Virus record (IMG/VR): IMGVR_UViG_3300034417_000014
Coordinates: 1 to 64,000 of that record
Strand: one strand, 5' to 3'
Source: a virus
Length of the DNA: 64,000 bases
Of the stretch, positions 8,232-17,351 are shown in pieces (the first letter of the stretch is position 1; each line of letters starts with the position of its first letter). The notes below the pieces were generated by a model, which searched no databases, was not told where the DNA came from, and saw only the letters and a program-made list of their open reading frames with translations. Made by a program: the position numbers and the translations under genes.

Positions 8232-9311
8232 ATGTCGCAAGTGCTTATTAAAAACGGTTTATGGCGTGGTCAGGTAATTGAGGGCAAAGTATTTACTGTC
8301 CACAAGCCATACAATCCGGAAACGGGTTGCATCACTGTTTGGGGCTCCCCAGCTGATGGGCTTGACATGCCCGCCCCGAATAAAGTACGTGTTTCCGTTA
8401 TGGACACGAGCTGCTTCGAAATGATGGGCGAGGACACTATTTTTGTTCCCCCAACTGTTGCAACTATGCGTTCCGTGGAAGAAGAGTTCTTTGCAAGCGA
8501 AACGGAAGATGAAGCAATGACGCGCATCTCCCGGACGTTTGAGATTTTGGAAGAGATGACGGAAGCGGCGGCGTCGGGAATTGTGCGCGGCATGGTAGTG
8601 TGCGGCCCACCCGGCATTGGTAAATCCCACGGCGTTGAGAAAGTGTTAACACGTGCCAACATGTTCTCCAAGATCAAGGACGTGCGGGAACGTTACACTG
8701 TGATGAAGGGTGCAATGTCTCCCTTGGGCTTGTACCGCACGTTGTACAACTATAGCTCCAAAGACAACGTTGTTGTGCTTGACGATTGCGACAGTGTGCT
8801 GTATGACGAAGAGTGCTTGAACTTGCTTAAATCAGCTCTTGACTCCGGCGAGAAAAGAAAGCTGTGCTGGGCAAAGGAGTCGCGTGTACTTGCAGACGAA
8901 GGCATCCCCCAAACGTTTAACTTTGAGGGAAGCGTGATCTTCTTGACAAACATCTCGTTTGACAAGTCCCGCGGCAAAATTGCAGACCACTTAGCTGCAA
9001 TCCAGTCACGCTGCCATTACTTGGATTTGGAGATTAGCACCCAGCGCGATCAGATCTTGCGCATCAAGCAGATTGTGCGCGCAGGCATGTTGGACAGCTA
9101 CGGCTTTTCCAAACGTGAAGAAGAGCAAGTTGTCAACTTCATTATTGACAATGCAGACTACTTGCTGGAACTGTCGTTGCGTATGGTTAAGAAGATCGCA
9201 GACTTGCGTAAAGCTATGCCCAACCAATGGGAAGAGCTTGCTGAGGCTACGTGCTTGAAGCGTACTGCTAAGTTCGCTCGCTTGTTGAAGCATAAGCAAC
9301 AGGAAGCGTGA
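8232..9311 (+). CDS. AAA+/P-loop ATPase
   Basis: Walker A GPPGIGKS, Walker B VVVLDDCD, IFLTN sensor and SRC arginine-finger-like motif. Confidence 0.88.
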   Translation: MSQVLIKNGLWRGQVIEGKVFTVHKPYNPETGCITVWGSPADGLDMPAPNKVRVSVMDTSCFEMMGEDTIFVPPTVATMRSVEEEFFASETEDEAMTRISRTFEILEEMTEAAASGIVRGMVVCGPPGIGKSHGVEKVLTRANMFSKIKDVRERYTVMKGAMSPLGLYRTLYNYSSKDNVVVLDDCDSVLYDEECLNLLKSALDSGEKRKLCWAKESRVLADEGIPQTFNFEGSVIFLTNISFDKSRGKIADHLAAIQSRCHYLDLEISTQRDQILRIKQIVRAGMLDSYGFSKREEEQVVNFIIDNADYLLELSLRMVKKIADLRKAMPNQWEELAEATCLKRTAKFARLLKHKQQEA

Positions 9312-9367
9312 TCGTTGACAAGCGCCAAGGATGGCGCTATACTTGTTGGCTTAGTTAGGAGGACAAT

Positions 9368-9604
9368 ATGAAAACGGCACTTATACTTTTTGGGTCATTG
9401 GTTGCAGCGATAGTACTCAACGGTTTCCTAATGTCAATCAGCCCTTTGTGGTATTGCAAAGCGGCATCAACTGTATTAATATCAACGTTGATGATGACAG
9501 TGTTTGAGCGTATACTGTACAAACAATGGACTTGGCCGATCACTTCATTCCTGGCAGCTACAATTGCAGTCATAGTGATGCATTACGTGCTGCATATCTT
9601 TTGA
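9368..9604 (+). CDS. Small membrane protein
   Basis: Hydrophobic segments; AGGAGG RBS; promoter at 9315. Confidence 0.7.
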   Translation: MKTALILFGSLVAAIVLNGFLMSISPLWYCKAASTVLISTLMMTVFERILYKQWTWPITSFLAATIAVIVMHYVLHIF

Positions 9605-9605
9605 G

Positions 9606-9905
9606 ATGATTATGAAAGACACTGTGGAATATATAGGCTTACTGGTACTGGCAGCGGTAGGCGTTGTCGTTATTGTAGGATGTACGAAGGATCCGGTTAG
9701 CACCACGTATACAAACAACCCTGAGGTTCCAGTGTCAGTGCTGTTTGAGTACGACGGTTGCAAGATGTATCGGTTCGCAGACGATGGCCGGCATCACTAC
9801 TATGCTAAGTGCGAAAACGCAAAGGTGCAGACAGAAAACAGCCACACTGAGAGTTGTGGTAAGAATTGTACTAGAACTGTTGAAGATAACATCTTCACTG
9901 AGTAA
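9606..9905 (+). CDS. Putative lipoprotein (DUF4884-like)
   Basis: Hydrophobic leader with VGC lipobox-like site; VLFEYDGCKMYRF motif. Confidence 0.65.
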   Translation: MIMKDTVEYIGLLVLAAVGVVVIVGCTKDPVSTTYTNNPEVPVSVLFEYDGCKMYRFADDGRHHYYAKCENAKVQTENSHTESCGKNCTRTVEDNIFTE

Positions 9906-9911
9906 GAACAA

Positions 9912-9996
9912 GCCCGGATGGTGAAATAGGTAGACACTAGGGACTTAAAATCCCTCGACTTCGGTCATGCCGGTTCGACTCCGGCTCCGGGCACCA
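9912..9996 (+). tRNA. tRNA-Leu (TAA)
   Basis: GCCCGGA/TCCGGGC acceptor stem, AGGGA-CT-TAA-AA-TCCCT anticodon arm, long variable arm, GTTCGA, CCA. Confidence 0.95.
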
Positions 9997-10070
9997 ATTT
10001 TGCAAACCCATTGACACACTCCTGTTAGATGTATATAATAACAGGACACAAACAGAGTAGGACTTAAACG

Positions 10071-10253
10071 ATGCACATGTACTTCCAGGATATTGCAATT
10101 GGTTCCAAATGGGCTAACAACAAGACCAACACTGAAGTAACTGTTGTTGACAAACTGTCGAACCAGGACATTGTGTTCCGTGATGCACGTGGTCGTCGAG
10201 ACACTCGTGACTGTGAAGATTTCCAAAACACCCACACTATCAAATCAAACTGA
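10071..10253 (+). CDS. Hypothetical early protein
   Basis: Promoter at 10011, RBS. Confidence 0.65.
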   Translation: MHMYFQDIAIGSKWANNKTNTEVTVVDKLSNQDIVFRDARGRRDTRDCEDFQNTHTIKSN

Positions 10254-10262
10254 GGATACACA

Positions 10263-10742
10263 ATGGACTTTCTAGCTGGCGTACTGTTATCGTTCCCCGT
10301 ATGGATCATTGCGCTACTTGCCGCAGCAGGCTTGTACGATCGTGATCACAAGGTGCTACTTGCATTCTTCGCAGTCTTGTTTGCGTTCATCACTTACAAG
10401 CTGTTCCTTCCCGTCCTGGCACTGGTTCCGATTTATTACTTGATCGGCGGATACATTGCTGCAGGCGTGCTATGGTCAGTCTTTAAGTGGATCCGATACT
10501 GTGACAGCATTACCGAAATGGTACGTAAAGGATATATCAGTAAAGAGCAAGGCTTGCGCAAGATTGCGTTTGACGATAACATTTCTGACATTGTAGGTTG
10601 GGCAGCTATGTGGCCGTTCAGCTTCATTGGTACTGCATTGTATGACGTGTTTAACGTGTTTACTACGCTTATCACACGCACGTTCCGTGGAACTTATCGC
10701 GTGATCGCTGACCACTTCGCTGGGAAGATCAACAAGCTGTAA
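10263..10742 (+). CDS. Membrane protein
   Basis: Several hydrophobic helices; GAGGA RBS. Confidence 0.75.
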   Translation: MDFLAGVLLSFPVWIIALLAAAGLYDRDHKVLLAFFAVLFAFITYKLFLPVLALVPIYYLIGGYIAAGVLWSVFKWIRYCDSITEMVRKGYISKEQGLRKIAFDDNISDIVGWAAMWPFSFIGTALYDVFNVFTTLITRTFRGTYRVIADHFAGKINKL

Positions 10743-10811
10743 GAAATAGGTAGACAAGCGGGGGCAACCCCGCTATACTGTTTACACACTAAAGCAAACG
10801 AGTAAACGGAA

Positions 10812-11099
10812 ATGGCAACGAAAGCAATTAAGAACTTTGTATATGAGTGCGTTGATTCGTTTAACGAAGTGCTGGCAAAGAGTACTTGCCCTCCAGATGT
10901 GCGCCAAGGTGTTATTAACTCGGCGCAAAAGGTTCTGATGCAGGCAGGCTTATACGAAGGCTTCCGTTACTTGCCAATACATGAAGTGCCCAAAGGTCAT
11001 CGCCCGGGAATTAACTTGTTAGCTGCATCAACAGATGAACAGTTTGACAACTGTGATGAAACCCGTGTACACTTTTTTGTAGGGCATTTGGCGAACTAA
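10812..11099 (+). CDS. Hypothetical early protein
   Basis: Cassette promoter at 10751. Confidence 0.75.
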   Translation: MATKAIKNFVYECVDSFNEVLAKSTCPPDVRQGVINSAQKVLMQAGLYEGFRYLPIHEVPKGHRPGINLLAASTDEQFDNCDETRVHFFVGHLAN

Positions 11100-11252
11100 C
11101 ATGATGAACTTATCCTTCATGATAGTTGTGTTCGCAGTCAATAGCTACGCTGCTGTCTTTTGTAAGAATAATGAACCATGGCTCCGTTGCATTAACGGGG
11201 CGTTGGCTGTATACTTTGCAATAGCAATACGCGGAGCAGTACATAACATATG

Positions 11253-11329
11253 GGGCCTTTAGCTCAGTTGGTTAGAGCAAACGACTCATAATCGTTAGGT
11301 CCTCGGTTCAAGCCCGAGAAGGCCCACCA
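11253..11329 (+). tRNA. tRNA with CAT anticodon, probably Ile2 (lysidine type) rather than Met
   Basis: GGGCCTT/AAGGCCC stem, AACGA-CT-CAT-AA-TCGTT, ACCA end; ileX-like sequence. Confidence 0.9.
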
Positions 11330-11348
11330 AACACAATAGGGGAACAAG

Positions 11349-11618
11349 ATGTCTGACGTAGCTGTAGTAAATGGTATCGAGTATAACTACTTTGTTCGTA
11401 ACAACGGCAAGAAGGATTACATCGCAGTATACCAGTCGGGCTATCCCAACACGCTGTTCCTTGCAGTAAACATTGACCACATCGCCCAGGAAGCAAGCAT
11501 TGATGCACTGGACTGTTCGTTTGATGCAGAATACAAAAGCATGTTCACAGAACGCTGCATGACTGATTACTACAGTAAAGTAGTCAAAGATGCAATACAA
11601 TTGGCAGAACTAGTTTAA
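11349..11618 (+). CDS. Hypothetical protein between tRNAs
   Basis: AGGGGA RBS. Confidence 0.65.
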   Translation: MSDVAVVNGIEYNYFVRNNGKKDYIAVYQSGYPNTLFLAVNIDHIAQEASIDALDCSFDAEYKSMFTERCMTDYYSKVVKDAIQLAELV

Positions 11619-11619
11619 C

Positions 11620-11696
11620 GCGCTTGTAGCTCAGTTGGACAGAGCAACGGATTTCTAATCCGTGGGTCGGGGGTTCGAGCCCCTCCAGGCGTACCA
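11620..11696 (+). tRNA. tRNA-Arg (TCT)
   Basis: ACGGA-TT-TCT-AA-TCCGT anticodon arm, GTTCGAG T-loop, ACCA end. Confidence 0.95.
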
Positions 11697-11768
11697 TATT
11701 GCAATAAACCTGTTGACAACGGTGTTGGCAGGCAGTACACTGCACACATAAAATAATAAGGAGGGTAT

Positions 11769-11954
11769 ATGATACCTGTAATCGTAGTAGATGAAAATGT
11801 AAGTGAAGCAAAGGCATACCCATCAGTCGCAGCAGCAGCTCGCGCACTTGACATGCACCACAGCACCGTATGGCGCGCAATGACTGGCGACCGTGGCGCT
11901 ATGACTGCCGCAGGTATGTTTATTGTACCACTTGAGTTTGACGAAGCGTTCTAA
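11769..11954 (+). CDS. Small HTH protein (NUMOD1-like)
   Basis: YPSVAAAARALDMHHSTVWRAM; AAGGAGG RBS; own promoter and terminator. Confidence 0.65.
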   Translation: MIPVIVVDENVSEAKAYPSVAAAARALDMHHSTVWRAMTGDRGAMTAAGMFIVPLEFDEAF

Positions 11955-11973
11955 CCAACGCTAGGCATAAATG

Positions 11974-11994
11974 ACCTGCTTCGGCAGGTTTTTT
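11974..11994 (+). terminator. Rho-independent terminator
   Basis: ACCTGC-TTCG-GCAGGT-TTTTT. Confidence 0.85.
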
Positions 11995-12055
11995 ATTGGT
12001 TGACATTCCAGTTTAGATCCACTATAGTGTGTACATTGTGTTACAGGAATATATC

Positions 12056-12466
12056 ATGTACGGTAATAAGTTTTTCCCAGGTGATGTCGTCATGGCTAAC
12101 CGAGAACGTCGTAGGCAGCTGGAAGGCCATCAATGGTCGGAGATGTTCATCGATCCTACTAGGGCAACTGTCGTTTTGGTTGACAAGCACCTGATGTATA
12201 CGTTGTGTGACGACGATGGTGATGAGTTTAAATGCGCCGAATGGAGACTAGAAGCCACTGCACCTTTGCGCACTGTTCCACAAGAACTGTTCTTGCAGTA
12301 CATGAAGGACGGACATTGGTTTGGGAATCCTTACCAGGGTAACAATCCCATTGATACTATACGCTGGTATAGAAATAAGCATGGCACAGGCCTAAAGGAA
12401 AGTAAAGACGCAACTGATAACTGGATAGCAGTAAACTGGAAAAATAGAGTTGACACTTCACTTTAG
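12056..12466 (+). CDS. Hypothetical protein with C-terminal ribosomal L7/L12-like motif
   Basis: IDTIRWYRNKHGTGLKESKDATD resembles the L7/L12 C-terminal IKxxRxxxGxGLKEAK pattern. Confidence 0.55.
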   Translation: MYGNKFFPGDVVMANRERRRQLEGHQWSEMFIDPTRATVVLVDKHLMYTLCDDDGDEFKCAEWRLEATAPLRTVPQELFLQYMKDGHWFGNPYQGNNPIDTIRWYRNKHGTGLKESKDATDNWIAVNWKNRVDTSL

Positions 12467-12510
12467 TTCCACTATAATGTTTACACACTAAAGCAAACGG
12501 AGTAAGGCAA

Positions 12511-12831
12511 ATGACAAACAGCAATCCAGCAGCAATACTTGCAACGGCAAAAGAGCAAGCCAATGCAGCAATTGTTGGCAAGGCAGATGGCTACCCATGT
12601 GGCTTTGCGTGGGTTAACATTAGACCTGCGCGTGGTGAGTTTGTTTCGTATTTGAAGAAGAATGGTATTGGTCGCACTGATTCCTACGAGGGCGGTTACA
12701 GACTTAGCTCATACGAAGTGTGTAACTTCAACGGTCAAAACATTGACGTGAAGGAAGCAGGCTGTAATGCGTTTGTCGCTGTACTGCGCGCAAATGGGAT
12801 TAAAGCATACGTTGGGTCGCGGATGGACTAA
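12511..12831 (+). CDS. Conserved phage hypothetical protein
   Basis: CGFAWV...SRMD motif; cassette promoter at 12450. Confidence 0.8.
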   Translation: MTNSNPAAILATAKEQANAAIVGKADGYPCGFAWVNIRPARGEFVSYLKKNGIGRTDSYEGGYRLSSYEVCNFNGQNIDVKEAGCNAFVAVLRANGIKAYVGSRMD

Positions 12832-12860
12832 TGAAGCATTCTAAGTCAACGTAAAACCAA

Positions 12861-12884
12861 AAAGCCTGCGTAAGCGGGCTTTTT
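12861..12884 (+). terminator. Rho-independent terminator
   Basis: AAAGCCTGC-GTAA-GCGGGCTTT-TT. Confidence 0.8.
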
Positions 12885-12949
12885 AACGGTTGACATTCCA
12901 GTTCCTATTCACTATACTGTTTGAACATTAACTAGCACAGGCGCTAAAC

Positions 12950-13249
12950 ATGTTCACAATCCTTAGTGTTTCCCCAATGAACATTAGCAGCAAGCCCCAC
13001 GAGGTTACAGTTATATCAACTGGCGCCACGCAAGCTGCGGCATGCGAGGGACTACGCAAGTACATACTGGAAAACAACGAGCGCCTGCTAACACACGACG
13101 ATCTACCAGACTGCATTAAAACACTGGCAGAGAATAGCATTGCCAACAATGCAGACATTGTGTTCACTGTCAACGACAAAAACTTTGTTTGCATTAATGA
13201 CGCGCAAGCCGAGATGGACTATTACTATATGGTCGAGTTGCCAGCATGA
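12950..13249 (+). CDS. Hypothetical early protein
   Basis: Promoter at 12890. Confidence 0.7.
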   Translation: MFTILSVSPMNISSKPHEVTVISTGATQAAACEGLRKYILENNERLLTHDDLPDCIKTLAENSIANNADIVFTVNDKNFVCINDAQAEMDYYYMVELPA

Positions 13250-13632
13250 AGCTAACATACCGTGTAAGTAATAACAACCGGGAACTGGCGCAGCTCGCAA
13301 GGGCTGCAATAGAAGCTCGCTTATACGTGGCAGGGTGGGCACTGCTGCCGTGGCTGCGAATGATTGTGGAGGATGGGCCCGACGATGCAGAGCAGATTGC
13401 AATTGCGTATAACGGCAGCAAGCCTGTTGCAATTGCGTACAAGCATACCCACGTTCCACTTTGGATGTCTGGGCACGGCTTTGGTGTAGCAGTATACGTT
13501 GACAAATCCTGCAGACGGCGTGGCATAGGAACAAAATTAGTTGCAAAGCTAACCCAGGGTAAGTCGTTTGCGTGGGGCGAAGGAGTAGAAGGTTCCGTAC
13601 AGTTCTTCGAAAAGATTCTAAAAACTGGTTGA
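13246..13632 (+). CDS. GNAT-family acetyltransferase
   Basis: VYVDKSCRRRGIGTKLV acetyl-CoA motif A; QFFEK. Confidence 0.8.
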   Translation: MKLTYRVSNNNRELAQLARAAIEARLYVAGWALLPWLRMIVEDGPDDAEQIAIAYNGSKPVAIAYKHTHVPLWMSGHGFGVAVYVDKSCRRRGIGTKLVAKLTQGKSFAWGEGVEGSVQFFEKILKTG

Positions 13633-13689
13633 CTTCTGGTATGTAAACATCTATAATGTGAAACATACAGTAAACAACGGAGCAAGGCA

Positions 13690-14451
13690 ATGAACGAAGC
13701 GCAACGCAAGCAAGTATTAAATGCAACCGAAGCATACTTTGTCAAAGCAGAACAAATTTACAATCGCAAATTTGATCGTGTTCCAGTAGTGTTTAATGCA
13801 CGCCTTACATCATGCGGCGGGAAAGCATACTACACCCGTTTTGGATGCACGCCAGTTAAACTGGAATACGGTTCACAGTTTATTACAGAATTTACAGAAT
13901 GGTTTGTACACGAAGTTACTGGGCACGAAGTTGCTCACTTAGTGTCCGTTAGCTTGCATGGTCACGCTGGTCGTGGGCACGGTCCAGAATGGAAGCGTGT
14001 AATGATCGCGCTGGGCTTAGATCCCAAGCGTACCCACAACAAAGTGTTGTCGTCCAAAGCTGCTAAACGTGCAGAATTCCAATACACTTGCGCGTGTACA
14101 GATGCAGGCACTTGCTCTTCCACTATTTACAACAAGCTGCTCCGGGGGAGTGTATACACTTGCCGCAAGTGCAAGACCCCCATTAGAGCAAAAGGGCGAA
14201 ACACGCCTGCTCCCCAGCTGCGGCAAGCTGCTGTTGCTGCTGAGGCCCCACGTACACGTATCCCAGCTGCTCCACGTGTTGCTGTAAACGGGAAAGCAAA
14301 ACCTAAGTCCGAACAGTTGCGCGATATAATCCGTGCTAACCCAAAAGCAAACGAGCAACAGATTATGGAGCTTGCTAAACACATTGGCATTAAGCCCCAG
14401 CTGTTAAAACGCTACGTCCAAGGCAACATTATTACTGTAAGGGGAGCATAG
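13690..14451 (+). CDS. SprT-like zinc metalloprotease with extra C-terminal domain
   Basis: HEVAH, HGPEWKRVM, YTCAC...YTCRKC zinc ribbon. Confidence 0.88.
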   Translation: MNEAQRKQVLNATEAYFVKAEQIYNRKFDRVPVVFNARLTSCGGKAYYTRFGCTPVKLEYGSQFITEFTEWFVHEVTGHEVAHLVSVSLHGHAGRGHGPEWKRVMIALGLDPKRTHNKVLSSKAAKRAEFQYTCACTDAGTCSSTIYNKLLRGSVYTCRKCKTPIRAKGRNTPAPQLRQAAVAAEAPRTRIPAAPRVAVNGKAKPKSEQLRDIIRANPKANEQQIMELAKHIGIKPQLLKRYVQGNIITVRGA

Positions 14452-14452
14452 G

Positions 14453-14656
14453 ATGGCTTCTATGACTGCATACGAAGCCCGGCAAGCATGTCGGGCACTT
14501 CGGTTAGCATTAACGGCACGCAACATAAATATGGTTGTTATAGGGCGGCGCAAAGTGGAATCGACGGCACATTTTTATGCTAGTGGTGGTTGCACTTTGA
14601 CAGAAGCGGTAGTATACTTAGCGGGACTTAAAACAACAGTGGATACACACGCATGA
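14453..14656 (+). CDS. Hypothetical protein
   Basis: Operonic, GGAG RBS. Confidence 0.6.
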   Translation: MASMTAYEARQACRALRLALTARNINMVVIGRRKVESTAHFYASGGCTLTEAVVYLAGLKTTVDTHA

Positions 14657-14940
14657 GCACACTCCTATTTTTTGCCTTGCTGGTTGGGAGTATACTGATA
14701 GGAGTGTACTTTGTTAGCAGGCATTCTAAAGACGACGCGCTACTGTACTGGCAACGCGAAGCTGAGAGTTCCTGGAGAAGCCACTTCCAGGCGGCAAAAG
14801 AGTGTATCGATCACGAGCACAGGATTGCAGAGCTGCAATACGATCTTGAGCAACTAAGGCATCCGGTCAAGCCGAAACAGTTCCGAGATAAACTTGCGAA
14901 GATTAGGCTTGCTCGTCAGAACAAACGACGTTACAATTAA
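14653..14940 (+). CDS. Hypothetical membrane-anchored protein
   Basis: N-terminal TM helix; ATGA overlap. Confidence 0.65.
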   Translation: MSTLLFFALLVGSILIGVYFVSRHSKDDALLYWQREAESSWRSHFQAAKECIDHEHRIAELQYDLEQLRHPVKPKQFRDKLAKIRLARQNKRRYN

Positions 14941-14964
14941 CACACAGAAGCAGAGATACACATT

Positions 14965-15195
14965 ATGTCAGTAAAGAACTTGTTTGGAGATGCAGTTGGC
15001 GGATGGTTTTTCTCCAGACTCTTCTGCACTAAGAAACGGCTGTTCCTATATGTAATGGGACTTTACATGTTTGCAGATTTCCTGCATAAGGTTGAGCCAA
15101 CCAATTCGATGTGGTATTGTTTTGGCTTTGCGTTTCTTGTATCAATGATCCCGTTCCTTTTGATTGCAGCGGCAGTGAAGAGGATAGTGTCTTGA
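14965..15195 (+). CDS. Small membrane protein
   Basis: Hydrophobic ORF. Confidence 0.6.
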   Translation: MSVKNLFGDAVGGWFFSRLFCTKKRLFLYVMGLYMFADFLHKVEPTNSMWYCFGFAFLVSMIPFLLIAAAVKRIVS

Positions 15196-15584
15196 CATTC
15201 CTCTTAGCAACCACTAACGTTATTGCATACTCGAAGAACACATTGCCAGCTAGTCAAAGGGCAGCGATTGTCAAGACACAAAAACTGAAGCATCCTATCT
15301 ACAACAAGGTGACGAAGAGGTTTCGTTGGGTAGGCGAAGGTTTGATCCCAGAGCACCTAACTATTGCCAAAGGTCAAGTGGTTAAGGTAGAAACCTTTTG
15401 GGGCGAGAGGAAGATGGCTCGCTTTAAGGAAGACTACACCACATACTACTTAGAAGGTGAATGTGAGCTGGTTGACGAGGACAAGTTTTTCATTTATAAT
15501 GGCGAACAACATTTAATGAACAAGCATGGCATTAAGCGTTTAAAAGTATACAAGCGTTGGAAACAAAAAGTTGACAACAGCTAA
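15111..15584 (+). CDS. Hypothetical protein (true start probably after 15220)
   Basis: Open frame; candidate promoter at 15192 implies a later start. Confidence 0.5.
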   Translation: MVLFWLCVSCINDPVPFDCSGSEEDSVLTFLLATTNVIAYSKNTLPASQRAAIVKTQKLKHPIYNKVTKRFRWVGEGLIPEHLTIAKGQVVKVETFWGERKMARFKEDYTTYYLEGECELVDEDKFFIYNGEQHLMNKHGIKRLKVYKRWKQKVDNS

Positions 15585-15599
15585 CTGACGGAGGCACAA

Positions 15600-15839
15600 T
15601 TGAATACGTTGAAACAACTGCAGAATCGTTTGTTAGACTATGCAGAGTTCCATCCGGGACGTGGCATTGATGTTAAGTTAATTGAAAAAGCAGACTTGAC
15701 GGCAACACTAAAGCTGTATAGAATACACTTGCAGGACGATGCACTAACTGCGCAAGCTGAACGTGAACTGATCCGTGAAGCAAAGGAAACGTTAAAGAAA
15801 TTGCAACCAAAGAATGTCGGCGATGGTGTAGAGCATTAA
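15600..15839 (+). CDS. Hypothetical protein
   Basis: GGAGG RBS with TTG start. Confidence 0.7.
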   Translation: MNTLKQLQNRLLDYAEFHPGRGIDVKLIEKADLTATLKLYRIHLQDDALTAQAERELIREAKETLKKLQPKNVGDGVEH

Positions 15840-15875
15840 GGTAGTTTGACTGGTTGACTATGGGCATGTATACGA

Positions 15876-16174
15876 TTGCGAAAGCAAATGTGCCCTCTGT
15901 CGTTGACTACCTTGCGGCATTGCTTTACACTGTGGACAAGAATGGCCGTATGCGGCTACGTGCACCAGGGCGGCAAAACGCTGGGAGAATACATGATGTA
16001 GTAGATGCACCGTCCAGGTGCCCAAAAGGGAAACCTGCGGGGACTACAGTTGACTGTATTCGAACGCAAGGGCAGGGGTGAGCGTACAAATCCCCGCACT
16101 AATTCACCGTTGCATGGAGTCTAAACGCCCCGCTGTGCAACGATCTCAAGGCACCCGCTACGCTACAGTGCCTT
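15876..16174 (+). ncRNA. Candidate highly structured ~300-nt ncRNA
   Basis: Nested helices TGCCCT/AGGGCA, GAATACA/TGTATTC, TGTAGT/ACTACA, GCACC/GGTGC, CGTTGCA/TGCAACG, AAGGCAC/GTGCCTT; GAAA tetraloops; no RBS-supported ORF. Confidence 0.6.
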
Positions 16175-16258
16175 CCTGCTAGTAATAAAACAAAAGAGTT
16201 GACTTCCCACATTAGTTCCACTATACTGTTTACATGTTAAACAAGTGGAGCAAAGCAA

Positions 16259-16582
16259 ATGGTACTGTTTACTGTAGCTAAAGGCACTAAGGGCATGGTC
16301 ATGCGCAAGTGTGGACTTACTATTAAGCCTTGGGTAACCAGACACGAGCTAGTGTTTGATCGTGAAGAGTTGTTACTGGATCCAGTAACCTTCCAGAACA
16401 AGAACAGTTTGTTCAATACGCAAATTGACTTGTGGCACGAAATGACTACACAGATGCGTGAAGTATCCGGCGACCAAGTTAAGACAGCAATCATATACGC
16501 CGAGAAAGGATACAGTGTGTTCATCCGCGATGGCATACTTCTCATTATACCATTTGTTAACGCACCAGTAATGGAAAGCTAA
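16259..16582 (+). CDS. Hypothetical early protein
   Basis: Cassette promoter at 16199. Confidence 0.75.
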   Translation: MVLFTVAKGTKGMVMRKCGLTIKPWVTRHELVFDREELLLDPVTFQNKNSLFNTQIDLWHEMTTQMREVSGDQVKTAIIYAEKGYSVFIRDGILLIIPFVNAPVMES

Positions 16583-16698
16583 ATATATCTGTCAACCATG
16601 AAATAAGGGTTGACAGTTGTACAAGCAGGTGTTAAACTGTTTAGCAACTATGTGAATCATAGGACGAACCACTTAACTTAAACTAAAGGAAATAGAAA

Positions 16699-17247
16699 AT
16701 GAAAACATTAAAGATTGTACCGGCATTGATTCTTGCAGCATTTGCATCAGTTGCCGTCGCTGAAGTTTCACCATATGAAATCACTGTTGGTGTTACTCAA
16801 TCGCGCCTCGACAGCTTCAAACTGATCGACGACGCAGATCGTTCACAAACTGGCTTTACTGTTGGTTTGTCTACTCAGCTGAGCGGAGATTTCAAAGGCC
16901 AAGTCAGCTACACCAAAGATGCAGCTGGATTTGACAGTGACTACATTGACGGTAGCGTTGACACACTCGGATTGGGTGTTCGATACACTCCTTGGAAAAA
17001 GTATTGCATTGAGCCGTTCGTTGACTTGGGCGTCAATGTCAACATCGTTGATCTGGAAATCCCTCACTCTGATTTGCATGTTTCCGGTACTAGCGCCGCT
17101 CCATATTTTGGAATCGGAGCAAGCTGGAACATTGACAAAGAAAATGCTTTGGCTTTGCAATATCATCGCAGCTGGGTCGAAGCTAACGTGATCGACAAAA
17201 ATGTCAACTACGATCAAATCGCACTTACATATAGCCGTCGATTCTAA
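16699..17247 (+). CDS. Outer-membrane beta-barrel protein (OmpA/Ail/Lom-like)
   Basis: Signal peptide, alternating beta-strands (PFVDLG, PYFGIG), terminal Phe (YSRRF). Confidence 0.82.
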   Translation: MKTLKIVPALILAAFASVAVAEVSPYEITVGVTQSRLDSFKLIDDADRSQTGFTVGLSTQLSGDFKGQVSYTKDAAGFDSDYIDGSVDTLGLGVRYTPWKKYCIEPFVDLGVNVNIVDLEIPHSDLHVSGTSAAPYFGIGASWNIDKENALALQYHRSWVEANVIDKNVNYDQIALTYSRRF

Positions 17248-17259
17248 TCACTCGCTAGT

Positions 17260-17288
17260 AAAATACTCCCACCTGGGAGTATTTTTTT
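17260..17288 (+). terminator. Rho-independent terminator
   Basis: AAAATACTCCCA-CC-TGGGAGTATTTT-TTT. Confidence 0.85.
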
Positions 17289-17351
17289 GACTTGACTTTC
17301 CACATTAGTTCCACTACAATGTCTACATAGTAAACAAACGGAGCAGCAAAG

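Noticed and set aside
15854-16081. 75-aa ORF over the structured RNA
   Set aside because: TTG start inside the promoter with no RBS; base-pairing explains the sequence better.
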